From contig JBBKWF010000012.1 of the NCBI GenBank assembly GCA_037968815.1, forward strand, positions 20,384 to 84,383: 64,000 bases of DNA. Direction: 5' to 3'. Below are positions 40,601 through 48,555 of the stretch, one piece after another. The notes below the pieces were generated by a model. It saw only the letters and a program-made list of their open reading frames with translations. It did not search any database and was not told the origin of the DNA. The position numbers and the translations under genes were made by a program. This DNA comes from Pelobium sp. Lineage in GTDB: Bacteria; Bacteroidota; Bacteroidia; Sphingobacteriales; Sphingobacteriaceae. The first letter of the stretch is position 1, and every line of letters starts with the position of its first letter.

Positions 40601-40808
40601 ACAAGATAATGGGAAGGGAATGGAAAAAGATGGAATGAAGAAGATTTTTGATATGTACGGAAGGTTGCACCAAGATGTTGAAGGTAGCGGTATAGGCTTG
40701 TATCTTGCCAAAAAAATTGTTGATGCTGCCGGTGGTGACATTGAAGTGGAAAGTACATTAGGACAAGGAAGCAAGTTTACCATTCTATTTAAGACCCCAC
40801 ACTCCTAA
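37632..40808 (+). CDS. CheB methylesterase-CheR methyltransferase-PAS-histidine kinase hybrid
   Basis: CheB 'IGASAGG', 'IQH', 'LSGLGSDG'; CheR 'TSFFRD', 'GCATGEEVY', 'ATDID', 'CRNMLIY'; PAS; H-box 'ASHDL'; 'NLISNAIKF', 'DNGKG', 'GSGIGL'. Confidence 0.92.
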   Translation: MKPKEPHYIIAIGASAGGMDEINSFFDHTPLDGVAYIIIQHLSADFKSRMVELLARHSKLEIKEAQNTEEVYTNHVYLIPNDKYMTIKDGRLLLTDKKLKGPHLTINNFFNSLAVDCGPKAIGVILSGLGSDGTEGIKAIKKVGGMIIARNPETSQYASMPLQAINTGMVDFILEPELMPMAIEDYVKNKTKILTESDDEKSLAAIVELIKQKTPLDFSEYKHSTILRRTKRRATHSNFSNLGAYLEYLKDTPKEISELSKEFLISVTSFFRDPEAFETIKENILPALLNKLLPEEELKIWVAGCATGEEVYTFAILIAEQLKGNRKDNVVKIFATDIDTLAMDHASKGVYSATTTKNIPSVLLDKYFLKEGDHYKVKPIIRKMVIFAHHDLSKNPPYCNMHLISCRNMLIYLTPLLQKKIFSMLLFGLRKDGYLFLGSSENPMPIISDLEVVNKKWKIYKNIKAKTTSSFASFTMPELLEVKQLPHSYLSNEPAKIMGHTLAEMMNLQLAKELNYLTICVDENNQVIKSYGDTKRYLLQENFNSNLSELLPGSIAIAFNNLSTSARKSNKKESVGGIMVKDGDKVLNVKMSVVPLIDKKGMSKILMVIFTSDHEIATEDKALLFDENVFHDKYTENLEEELKDIREKLQVTYEQLDASNENMQSFNEELISANEEMQSTNEEMQSVNEELHTINADYQIKNKELLEINDDLNNYFRSNINGQLFINKDLKLMKFSPGAVQQINLMESDIGRPISHISTNIKFESIIDDVKEVLKKGSLISKEIETHNGKWYQMMIMPYLKQADDKINGAIITFNDVSALKQAQTELDSKNKSLIRINKDLDHFIHAASHDLLAPLGNIETSINVMNHIALSDEKLIDILNIINNSIKNFRLLITDISVISKIEGEMVKMELVDINELLDNVEWSLKDKIELSGTVIKREIEIEKIWFSKKNLRSILFNLISNAIKFKGENNPEIIIQTLTSSGETILSVQDNGKGMEKDGMKKIFDMYGRLHQDVEGSGIGLYLAKKIVDAAGGDIEVESTLGQGSKFTILFKTPHS
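39603..39707 (+). repeat. Five coding heptad repeats S-x-N-E-(E/N)-(M/L)-x in the linker coiled coil
   Basis: ASNENMQ SFNEELI SANEEMQ STNEEMQ SVNEELH, with 21-nt periodicity in the DNA. Confidence 0.8.
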
Positions 40809-40938
40809 TTGATAATTTAATTTTTTGTTTTTTATTATTCATTCGAATAATTGTACTTATGTAGCGAATGAAACGGAAAGGAAATACAAAAAGGTAATAT
40901 AAATTAAAAGATAGTTTATAAGGATCCGATATTCTGTT

Positions 40939-41847
40939 TTAGCTCTCAATAGGAATGTTAAATTCCCAAATTTTTACAAACTTATCATCGCCAACAGATA
41001 ATAAGTACTTACCATCATTACTCCATGAAATATCATTCACTGATAATATATGACCTTCTTTTGCTTTATCGATACTCAATACTTTAAATAAAGAACAATC
41101 TCCTTCTCTCCAGATTTTTATAGATTTATCTCTACTTGCAGTAGCAAAAAAGGGAAGGGTCGGATGAAAAACTATCTCATAGATAGCAAAAAGGTGTGCA
41201 GGGAATTTTTGTAAAAGCGACCAATCATAAGTATTATAGCTATTTAAATGTGCATCTCTTCCTCCAGTAATCAATTTAGAACCATCAGGTGAAAAACTCG
41301 CAGACCCAACGCCATTTGGATGAGCTTGAAACTCTTGGATTAAGGTGAAGTCGTCTAGGTTATAGATTCGGACTTTTTCATCGTTTGAAACACTTCCCAG
41401 CAGATTTGATTTTTCGTGGGTTGCAACGGAGCGTACTTTAGCGTTGCCAGACTGAAATTGATGAACGAGTTGATTATCTGTAGTAGAAAGAATAAAAATT
41501 AACCCTTTTTCTGTAGTGCAAATTAACTCTTCCTTGCTTGGAATATATTTCAAACAGAATATTGCAGATCCTAAACTAAGTGTTGTTTTTACAGCAGTAG
41601 TTTCTAAATCAAAAATTAATAGATTTCCGTCATTACAGCCTGCATATAATAGGTTAAGCTCTGGTGCAATTTCTAATGTATAAACAGTACGTTGAACATT
41701 TTTAAATACCCTATTATGTGATTTTGTAGCTAAATCCCATTCTACAATTCCTTTATCATTACCGGCGGTGTAAAACACTGCTTCGGTTGGGTGACTAATT
41801 ACAGCATAAATAGGGTTACTGTGTCCAGATAGGGTAGTAGCTTTCAT
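40939..41847 (-). CDS. WD40-repeat protein
   Basis: Repeated 'TAGNDKGIVEWD', 'TGGRDAHLNSY', 'TASRDKSIKIW', 'SVGDDKFVKIWE'. Confidence 0.9.
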   Translation of the reverse strand: MKATTLSGHSNPIYAVISHPTEAVFYTAGNDKGIVEWDLATKSHNRVFKNVQRTVYTLEIAPELNLLYAGCNDGNLLIFDLETTAVKTTLSLGSAIFCLKYIPSKEELICTTEKGLIFILSTTDNQLVHQFQSGNAKVRSVATHEKSNLLGSVSNDEKVRIYNLDDFTLIQEFQAHPNGVGSASFSPDGSKLITGGRDAHLNSYNTYDWSLLQKFPAHLFAIYEIVFHPTLPFFATASRDKSIKIWREGDCSLFKVLSIDKAKEGHILSVNDISWSNDGKYLLSVGDDKFVKIWEFNIPIES

Positions 41848-41920
41848 TGTCGAATGTTTTTTGCTTCTGAAAGGTGCTGGGTTGTAATATTAAGCCCGCT
41901 CGGCAACTCAAGTAAAATAA

Positions 41921-42508
41921 TTATTTATGACGAGACTCTAAGTTTTTAGCGATATCACTTAAAGACAAACCTTTTTCTTTAAGTAAAACTAAAAGGTGGA
42001 ATACCAAATCAGAAGACTCACCTATCAAGTCAGCTTCAGTTTCTGCCAAAGCGGCTATAACCGTTTCAACACCTTCTTCACCAACTTTTTGGGCAATTTT
42101 ATTTAGTCCTTTTTCTCTTAAGCTGTTTACATAAGATTTAGCCGTTGGATTTTCATATCGGTCAGTGATGATATTCTCCAACTCAAAAATAAAGTTTTGA
42201 TTATAACTAGTGTTGAAACAGCTACGAGTACCTTTGTGACAAGTTGGGCCCACAGGTTTAGCTTTAATCAGTAGGGTGTCGTTATCACAGTCTAAGCTAA
42301 TGGATTTTACATGAAGAAAATTACCACTTTCTTCGCCCTTGGTCCACAAACGATTTTTTGTGCGAGAGAAAAAGGTTACTTTTTGCTCTAGCTCTGTTTT
42401 TTGGTAGGCTTCTTCGTTCATGTAGCCCAACATCAAAACTTCTAAGGTTTGTTCATCCTGAATGATTACGGGTACTAATCCGTTACTTTTTGTAAAATCT
42501 ATATTCAC
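41921..42508 (-). CDS. hisIE: Bifunctional PR-AMP cyclohydrolase / PR-ATP pyrophosphatase
   Basis: 'GLVPVIIQD', 'WTKGEESGN', 'DCDNDTL', 'GPTCH', 'KVGEEGVE', 'DLVFH'. GTG start. Confidence 0.96.
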   Translation of the reverse strand: MNIDFTKSNGLVPVIIQDEQTLEVLMLGYMNEEAYQKTELEQKVTFFSRTKNRLWTKGEESGNFLHVKSISLDCDNDTLLIKAKPVGPTCHKGTRSCFNTSYNQNFIFELENIITDRYENPTAKSYVNSLREKGLNKIAQKVGEEGVETVIAALAETEADLIGESSDLVFHLLVLLKEKGLSLSDIAKNLESRHK

Positions 42509-42510
42509 TA

Positions 42511-42810
42511 TTATTCGAATTTTAATTTATTAGGGTTTTGGCGTGTATCAAAAACCCTTAATATGTAAACTGTGTCAGCTGTATGAGAATATATCATACT
42601 ATTTTGTTTAGAAATAACACACTTCCTAACCTTTTGCTTTTTATAAATGATGGGATATAATTTGGGCGTTTTAGAAACTATGTTAACATGGTATTCAGTA
42701 TCTTTCAAGAATTTACTAGCGATTTCTAAACTCCATTCTGAAATTAGATAATTGATAATCATCGATAAATCGTTTTCAGATTCCGGTGACCATACAATAT
42801 TCCTAACCAT
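42511..42810 (-). CDS. RelE/ParE-family toxin
   Basis: 'IVWSPESENDL..I..YL..EW', 'P..YP', 'VRKCVI', 'YILRVFDTRQNP'. Confidence 0.85.
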   Translation of the reverse strand: MVRNIVWSPESENDLSMIINYLISEWSLEIASKFLKDTEYHVNIVSKTPKLYPIIYKKQKVRKCVISKQNSMIYSHTADTVYILRVFDTRQNPNKLKFE

Positions 42811-43036
42811 TTAGCAACTTATTCATTTTTAATATAACTTCTGAATGTGGGATACCTTTCCCAGCATTAATCGAATCAATCGCATCAAGAATCCCATCCC
42901 TCTGCGTTTCTGTGAGTCTATCCCATTCTTCTTCATCCGAAGAGGTATTAGAAATAGAAATTAGATTTAAGTCTGCCAAGTTTTGCAATAACTTTTTAGC
43001 TTTTGGATTAATGATTTCTATTGTTAACGATTCCAT
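42803..43036 (-). CDS. Putative antitoxin (addiction-module component)
   Basis: 77 aa with acidic middle, 'W..LTETQRDGI', 'GKGIPHSEV'; upstream of the toxin and overlapping it by 8 nt. Confidence 0.78.
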   Translation of the reverse strand: MESLTIEIINPKAKKLLQNLADLNLISISNTSSDEEEWDRLTETQRDGILDAIDSINAGKGIPHSEVILKMNKLLNG

Positions 43037-43053
43037 AAATTAAAGGTAAACAA

Positions 43054-44199
43054 TTAAAGCCTTATTTCTATTTGCTGATTTTTTAATATTTGCTTCAATT
43101 CTGGGATTAATATCTCTCCATAATGGAATACAGAAGCTGCTAATGCTGCGTCTACATCCGTTTTTTGGAAAACGTCTATAAAGTCCTCACAACAACCAGC
43201 ACCACCAGAAGCGATAACAGGAATAGTAACCATATCGTTAATCTGTTTTAACAATATATTATCAAACCCTGATTTTGTACCGTCTTTATCCATTGAAGTC
43301 AATAGTATTTCCCCTGCACCACGTTCTTCCGCTTCTTTTATCCAGTGCTGTGTTTGCAGTTCTGTTGCTATTCTTCCGCCGTTAAGGTGTACAAAATCCC
43401 CATGAGGTAAATTCTTGGTATCAACAGCTAAAACCACAAACTGAACGCCAAATGCTTTAGCTAAGTCATCAATTAGTTTTGGGTTTCTCACTGCTGCAGA
43501 GTTGATGGAGATTTTATCCGCACCTGCATTTAGCAGAGCTTCTGCGTCTTTAAGTTCGCTAATTCCACCACCAATTGTAAAGGGAATATTGATTTGCCTT
43601 GCAACAGACTTTACCATTTCAATGGTGGTTTTCCGCTTTTCGTGAGTAGCAGTAATGTCTAAAAACACCAACTCATCTGCGCCTTGGTTTGAGTACTGCC
43701 AAGCTAATTCAACAGGGTCACCTGCATCACGTAAATCAACAAAATTGACTCCTTTTACAGTTCTACCATCTTTAACATCTAAACAAGGAATAATACGTTT
43801 TGCAAGGTGGCTTCCCCTAAATCCCCCAAGGGGGACTTCCATGTTTGACTTAATTGTATTTAACACTTTTTCTATATTTTGAAAGACATCTTTGTTTGCA
43901 AATCTTAGCACTTTTATGCCGAGATTTTCTAGATTCAATTGCCTTGTTCTGTCGTTTTTAAATACTTCTTGAAGCAGATGTATGCTTCCGTCTAATTCAA
44001 TTACTAACTTATGTTGATGGCAATAAAAATCAGCCACGTAATTTGAAATAGGATGTTGTCTTCTAAATCGACAACCTAACTGCTTTCCACTTAAATATCC
44101 CCATAATAATTTTTCTGCATCCGTTTCTCTAACTCTTAGTTCTTTTGCGTTCTTGAAAATTATCCCGTTAGCCCCAAAAAACATATTAGGTTTTTCCAT
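43054..44199 (-). CDS. hisF: DUF559 (Vsr-like nuclease)-HisF in-frame fusion; IGP synthase cyclase subunit
   Basis: Residues ~1-119 DUF559 ('FRRQHPI..YVADFYC...[10 protein letters not shown]', 'GIKVLRF.N'); linker [12 protein letters not shown]; then [19 protein letters not shown], a full HisF lacking Met1. Confidence 0.9.
   Translation of the reverse strand: MEKPNMFFGANGIIFKNAKELRVRETDAEKLLWGYLSGKQLGCRFRRQHPISNYVADFYCHQHKLVIELDGSIHLLQEVFKNDRTRQLNLENLGIKVLRFANKDVFQNIEKVLNTIKSNMEVPLGGFRGSHLAKRIIPCLDVKDGRTVKGVNFVDLRDAGDPVELAWQYSNQGADELVFLDITATHEKRKTTIEMVKSVARQINIPFTIGGGISELKDAEALLNAGADKISINSAAVRNPKLIDDLAKAFGVQFVVLAVDTKNLPHGDFVHLNGGRIATELQTQHWIKEAEERGAGEILLTSMDKDGTKSGFDNILLKQINDMVTIPVIASGGAGCCEDFIDVFQKTDVDAALAASVFHYGEILIPELKQILKNQQIEIRL
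43814..43838 (+). repeat. REP-like repeat B: CCCCTAAATCCCCCAAGGGGGACTT
   Basis: C-run plus TCCCCC-AA-GGGGGA palindrome; encodes the fusion linker on the minus strand. Confidence 0.8.
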
Positions 44200-44220
44200 T
44201 TTCTTTTGATTCAGGCGACA

Positions 44221-44240
44221 CCCCTTTAGGGGACCGGGGG
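44221..44240 (-). repeat. REP-like repeat A: CCCCCGGTCCCCTAAAGGGG
   Basis: C-run plus CCCC-TAAA-GGGG hairpin directly after the hisA stop; inverted relative to repeat B. Confidence 0.75.
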
Positions 44241-44990
44241 TTAAATTGTAGAAAGTCTGTGTAAGTTCCAGTTTTTGATTTCTTCAATAGAAATTCTTTT
44301 CTCATAGATGGCCTTACCAACTACACACGACTCTATTTTATGATTGTTTAACTCTTCAATATCTGCCATTGAGCTTACACCACCAGAAGCAATTAACTTG
44401 ATGAAAGGGGAGTGGCTTAACAGTTTTTCGTATAATTCAACACCTGCACCACCTAGCTTTCCATCTTTATTAATATCTGTACATAAAAAACGGAAAAAAC
44501 CTAAAGCAAGACATTTATCAACGTAATCCATCAGTTTGATTGGTGAGCTTTCCATCCAACCAGAGTATTTAATTACTTCGTCTAAAACATCAATTGCTAC
44601 AACAACTTGGTCAGAGCATTTGGTTTTATTACACATTTCTTTGCTAAGTTCTTCTAAGAAAGTAGGGTTAGTAATTGCTTGCGTACCTACAATAACGCGG
44701 TAAATACCCACGTCAATTAACTCTTTTACTTTGTCAATACTTCTTACTCCACCGCCATATTGTACTTTCATGTCGGTTTTTTTGATAATATCTGCAAGGT
44801 ATTTTTGGTTGCTGAAATCACCTTTTGCACCATTCAAATCTATGATATGAACAATTTCGGTACCGTTTGACTGGTACATTTCAATCTGTTCTTCTAATGA
44901 TACTTCGTAACGTGTTACTTGATTGTAATCGCCTTCAACTAAGCGGACAATTTTTTGGTCTAATACGTCAACAGCAGGGATAATATACAT
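44241..44990 (-). CDS. hisA: ProFAR isomerase
   Basis: 'IIPAVD', 'VRLVEG', 'HIIDLNGA', 'QYGGGVR', 'TDINKDG', 'ASGGV', 'GKAIY'. Confidence 0.95.
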   Translation of the reverse strand: MYIIPAVDVLDQKIVRLVEGDYNQVTRYEVSLEEQIEMYQSNGTEIVHIIDLNGAKGDFSNQKYLADIIKKTDMKVQYGGGVRSIDKVKELIDVGIYRVIVGTQAITNPTFLEELSKEMCNKTKCSDQVVVAIDVLDEVIKYSGWMESSPIKLMDYVDKCLALGFFRFLCTDINKDGKLGGAGVELYEKLLSHSPFIKLIASGGVSSMADIEELNNHKIESCVVGKAIYEKRISIEEIKNWNLHRLSTI

Positions 44991-44999
44991 TTCTTGATT

Positions 45000-45590
45000 T
45001 TATAAGTTAGCGAAATTTTTAAGGAGTATTTCACCAGCTTCACCAGATTTTTCGGGGTGAAACTGTACGCCGTAAAAGTTGTCTTTCTGAATTGCAGCGG
45101 CAAATTTAATTCCGTAGTTGCAGAAAGCAATGGTAAAATTAGAATTAAATTCTATAAAATAGGAGTGAACGAAATAAAAATACGAATCGTTTGACAATCC
45201 TTTGAACAGTGAGTTTTCTGTCTGCGGAGAAACTTGGTTCCATCCCATATGTGGAACTTTCTTTGATTCAGCTTCTTTAAATCTTAAAGTGTGCACCGGT
45301 ATAATTCCGAGTAAATTCGAATTTCCCTCTTCAGATGATTCAGTTATCAATTGCATCCCCACACATATTCCCAAAACAGGCTTTGTTAAGCTCTTAATTT
45401 TTGGAACAAGGCCTGTATCAACTAGTTTTTGCATTGCAGTACCTGCATGCCCAACTCCTGGGATAATTATTTTATCGTATAAATCAAACTCAGCTTCGGC
45501 ATTAATCATCCCGTAACTTAAGTTTAACCTATCTAAAGCGGCGGTTAATGAGAAAATATTCCCAGCGCCGTAATTTACTATACCTATCAT
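45000..45590 (-). CDS. hisH: IGP synthase glutaminase subunit
   Basis: 'PGVG', 'GICVGMQ', 'PHMGWN', 'YFVHSY', 'QFHPEKS'. Confidence 0.96.
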   Translation of the reverse strand: MIGIVNYGAGNIFSLTAALDRLNLSYGMINAEAEFDLYDKIIIPGVGHAGTAMQKLVDTGLVPKIKSLTKPVLGICVGMQLITESSEEGNSNLLGIIPVHTLRFKEAESKKVPHMGWNQVSPQTENSLFKGLSNDSYFYFVHSYFIEFNSNFTIAFCNYGIKFAAAIQKDNFYGVQFHPEKSGEAGEILLKNFANL

Positions 45591-45596
45591 TTATTA

Positions 45597-45708
45597 AGTA
45601 TTGAGTAGTAAGTGTTAAGTATCAAGATGATTTGCAGTCGCAAAACTCTTATTAAAGTCAGTTCCCATAATATATAGTCTTGATACCTGATACTAAAAGC
45701 TTGCTACT
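45597..45708. repeat. Paired AGTATCA-type heptamer-repeat hairpin between hisB and hisH
   Basis: Left arm ...gttaagtatcaaga (to 45627); right arm tcttgatacctgatacta...cttgctact (from 45678); complementary arms around a ~50-nt spacer. Confidence 0.7.
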
Positions 45709-46844
45709 TATAATAATCCTTTTGTACTTGGTAACCTCATATTGTTTATATCGCGTTTAACCGACATTTTAATTGCTTTTGCAAAGGCTTTAAATATAGC
45801 TTCAATTTTATGGTGTTCGTTATCGCCTTCAACTTTAATGTTCAAGTTTGATTTTGAAGCATCTGAAAAAGACTTAAAAAAATGATAGAACATTTCAGTA
45901 GGCATATCGCCGACTTTTTCACGTTTGAACTCTGCCTCCCAAACAATCCAGCTTCTTCCACCAAAATCAATGGCTACTTGTGACAAACAATCATCCATAG
46001 GTAAGCAAAAACCATATCGTTCAATCCCTTTTTTATCTGCTAAAGCCAAAGAAAAGGCTTCTCCTAAAGCAATTCCAGTGTCTTCAATGGTGTGGTGCTC
46101 ATCAATATGTAAATCCCCCTTGGTATGCACTTTCAAATCAATTCCGCCGTGACGAGCAATTTGATCTAACATATGATCAAAGAAGTTTAACCCGGTAGAA
46201 ATATCTGCATTTCCTTTACCGTCTAAATTTATCTCGATTTTTACTTCAGTTTCATTGGTTTTTCTGATGTGCTCAATTTTACGGTCACCCACCTTTAAGA
46301 AACGATAAATATCATCCCAGTCAGAAGTTTGAATGGCTAAAACATCATCTAAGTTTTCAATTTTATTTTGAGCCTCGGTAGCACCTAAATCAGGGTTGTT
46401 ATTTAGCCAAATAGCTTTTGCACCTAAGTTTTTAGCTAAAACTACATCATTTAGTCTATCGCCAATTACAAAAGAGTTTGCCAAATCGTATTTTTCTGTA
46501 TCAAAAAAATGATTTAACAAGGCAGTTCCCGGCTTACGAGTTGGTGCATTGTCTTTTGCGAAGGTTTTATCAATAATGATTTCGCTAAAGCTGATGCCTT
46601 CATTTTTTAAAGTTTGAACAATAAAGTTTTGTACTGGCCAAAAGTTTTCTTCAGGATGAGATGAAGTTCCTAAACCATCTTGGTTGGTAACCATTACCAG
46701 CTCGAAATCAGTCTCTTTGGCAATTTTAGCTAGATTACTGATTGCATTTGGGTAAAAAACCAATTTCTCAAATGAGTCTATCTGCTCGTCCGCTGGTTCT
46801 AAAATCAGCGTTCCGTCTCTATCTATAAAAAGTAATTTAGTCAT
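45708..46844 (-). CDS. hisB: Bifunctional histidinol-phosphatase / IGP dehydratase
   Basis: HAD 'FIDRDGTL', 'RKPGT'; IGPD 'FFDHML', 'DEHHTIED', '[12 protein letters not shown]'. Confidence 0.96.
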   Translation of the reverse strand: MTKLLFIDRDGTLILEPADEQIDSFEKLVFYPNAISNLAKIAKETDFELVMVTNQDGLGTSSHPEENFWPVQNFIVQTLKNEGISFSEIIIDKTFAKDNAPTRKPGTALLNHFFDTEKYDLANSFVIGDRLNDVVLAKNLGAKAIWLNNNPDLGATEAQNKIENLDDVLAIQTSDWDDIYRFLKVGDRKIEHIRKTNETEVKIEINLDGKGNADISTGLNFFDHMLDQIARHGGIDLKVHTKGDLHIDEHHTIEDTGIALGEAFSLALADKKGIERYGFCLPMDDCLSQVAIDFGGRSWIVWEAEFKREKVGDMPTEMFYHFFKSFSDASKSNLNIKVEGDNEHHKIEAIFKAFAKAIKMSVKRDINNMRLPSTKGLL

Positions 46845-47889
46845 CTTTTAATTTTTTTAAGCTATTAATGATAGCTTGATTTTCTTCATTTGTACCAACA
46901 GTAATGCGTAAACAACCTTCACATAGTTCTACTTTGTTACGGTTACGCACAATAATTCCTTCTTCAGTTAAGTATTTGTATATACCATCAGCATCTGCTG
47001 TTTTTACCAAGATAAAATTAGCGTCAGATGGGTAAATATCCACTACAAAATCAAAATTCTTTAAAGCTAAAACTAAAGCGTCACGCTCTTTTAAAATTTC
47101 TTTAATCCACCCATTTACTTGGTCAATATTCTCTAAAGCCTCTAAAGCTAAAGTTTGCGATGCTTCATTAATATTATAAGGTGGTTTCACTCGATTAAAA
47201 ACTTCGATAATTTCTTCACTTGCGAAAGCCATACCTACTCTTAAAGCTGCCAATCCCCAAGCTTTTGATAGGGTTTGTAGCACTACTAAATTGGAGTACT
47301 CTGTAAGCTCTTGAATAAAAGTTTTTTGACGAGAGAAATTAATATAAGCTTCATCAACCACTACAATTCCTTCAAAATTCGCCAAAAGCGTTTCAATATC
47401 GTCTCGATTAATCGAATTCCCAGTTGGATTATTTGGTGAACAGATAAAGATCAGTTTGGTGTTTTTGTCAATGGCTTCAGCAATTCCTTCCAAATTAAGT
47501 TGGAACTCTTCGGTAAGGTTTACACGTTTAATGGCAACATCGTTAATGTTTGCAGAAACCTCGTACATCCCGTAAGTAGGAGGGACAATAATTACATTGT
47601 CAACCCCAGGGTTACAGAAACTTCTGAATAATATATCAATAGCTTCATCACTTCCGTTGCCAAGAAAAATATTTCTTGCCGGAACTCCTTTTATAGCACT
47701 TAAACGCATTTTAACCGCATATTGCATTGGGTCTGGATAGCGATGATAAGCCTGTGAAAGGGGAGAGCCAAACGCATTTTCGTTGGCATCTAAATAAACA
47801 GATGCTTCACCTTTAAACTCATCCCTTGCTGAAGAGTAAGGTTTTAAGGTTTTTATATTTGGTCGGATGATTTTGTTGATATCAAACAT
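46837..47889 (-). CDS. hisC: Histidinol-phosphate aminotransferase
   Basis: 'LDANEN', 'GNGSDEAI', 'SPNNPTG', 'DEAY', '[13 protein letters not shown]'. Confidence 0.96.
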   Translation of the reverse strand: MFDINKIIRPNIKTLKPYSSARDEFKGEASVYLDANENAFGSPLSQAYHRYPDPMQYAVKMRLSAIKGVPARNIFLGNGSDEAIDILFRSFCNPGVDNVIIVPPTYGMYEVSANINDVAIKRVNLTEEFQLNLEGIAEAIDKNTKLIFICSPNNPTGNSINRDDIETLLANFEGIVVVDEAYINFSRQKTFIQELTEYSNLVVLQTLSKAWGLAALRVGMAFASEEIIEVFNRVKPPYNINEASQTLALEALENIDQVNGWIKEILKERDALVLALKNFDFVVDIYPSDANFILVKTADADGIYKYLTEEGIIVRNRNKVELCEGCLRITVGTNEENQAIINSLKKLKDD

Positions 47890-47941
47890 TAGTTTTCTAA
47901 TTTATCAATTAAAGAATTCGATGATTTACCTCATATAATAA

Positions 47942-48553
47942 TTAACGAGCTCTGAAGTTTATTGTATATTCTACTACAGCTAAAGTATCTAATGCGCCCA
48001 ACTCGGCGGTAATATTGTCGTTTACTTCATTGTAAATTATACCGGATTTTCTTGAATATCTTGTTACCAATAGATAACTTAAGGCTGAAAAATCTAATTC
48101 CCGAAAAGAACCATGTGCCACTTGAACCATTTTAGGAAGATGATCATACTGATTTAGGGGAGAAACAGGAATATTTTTAGAAGTATATTTTAAAATATCA
48201 GGAATAAAATCAGATGAACCAAAGCTAAAGGTTGGTGCATAGAACAGAAATAGATTTTTATTTTTTAAAACAGAATATCGATAAGAGTCCCCGAAAAGGG
48301 CAGTATCCTGAGATAAGAAAGTTATTTTTTCATTAGCAAATTTTTGCTTTTCAATAGTAAAGAAATACGGATCTGTTTTAAATTTATTTATGATAGCTTG
48401 ATTTGTAATTTCACTTCCCTTAGTGTAGAGTTTAAATTGTGATTTAACATTTAATTTATTAAAATAAAGTTCTTGAGGGAAGCTTATGTTTTTGTCTTTT
48501 TTACAAGAAAAAAACAACACACAAATAATTAAAATTAAATTTATGTTTTTCAT
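47942..48553 (-). CDS. Orphan AT-rich lipoprotein within the his operon
   Basis: Lipobox 'VLFFSC-KKD'; no recognised domain; starts 2 nt after the hisD stop. Confidence 0.7.
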   Translation of the reverse strand: MKNINLILIICVLFFSCKKDKNISFPQELYFNKLNVKSQFKLYTKGSEITNQAIINKFKTDPYFFTIEKQKFANEKITFLSQDTALFGDSYRYSVLKNKNLFLFYAPTFSFGSSDFIPDILKYTSKNIPVSPLNQYDHLPKMVQVAHGSFRELDFSALSYLLVTRYSRKSGIIYNEVNDNITAELGALDTLAVVEYTINFRAR

Positions 48554-48555
48554 TG

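Larger units (their letters stand above)
43814..44240 (-). mobile_element. Putative REP-flanked DUF559 cassette at the hisA-hisF junction
   Basis: Nuclease ORF bounded by two related GC-rich C-run + hairpin repeats in inverted orientation; one begins at the base after the hisA stop. Mobility is inferred. Confidence 0.6.

Noticed and set aside
37632-40808. Flagellar chemotaxis locus
   Set aside because: No cheA, cheW, cheY, MCP or flagellar genes in the window.
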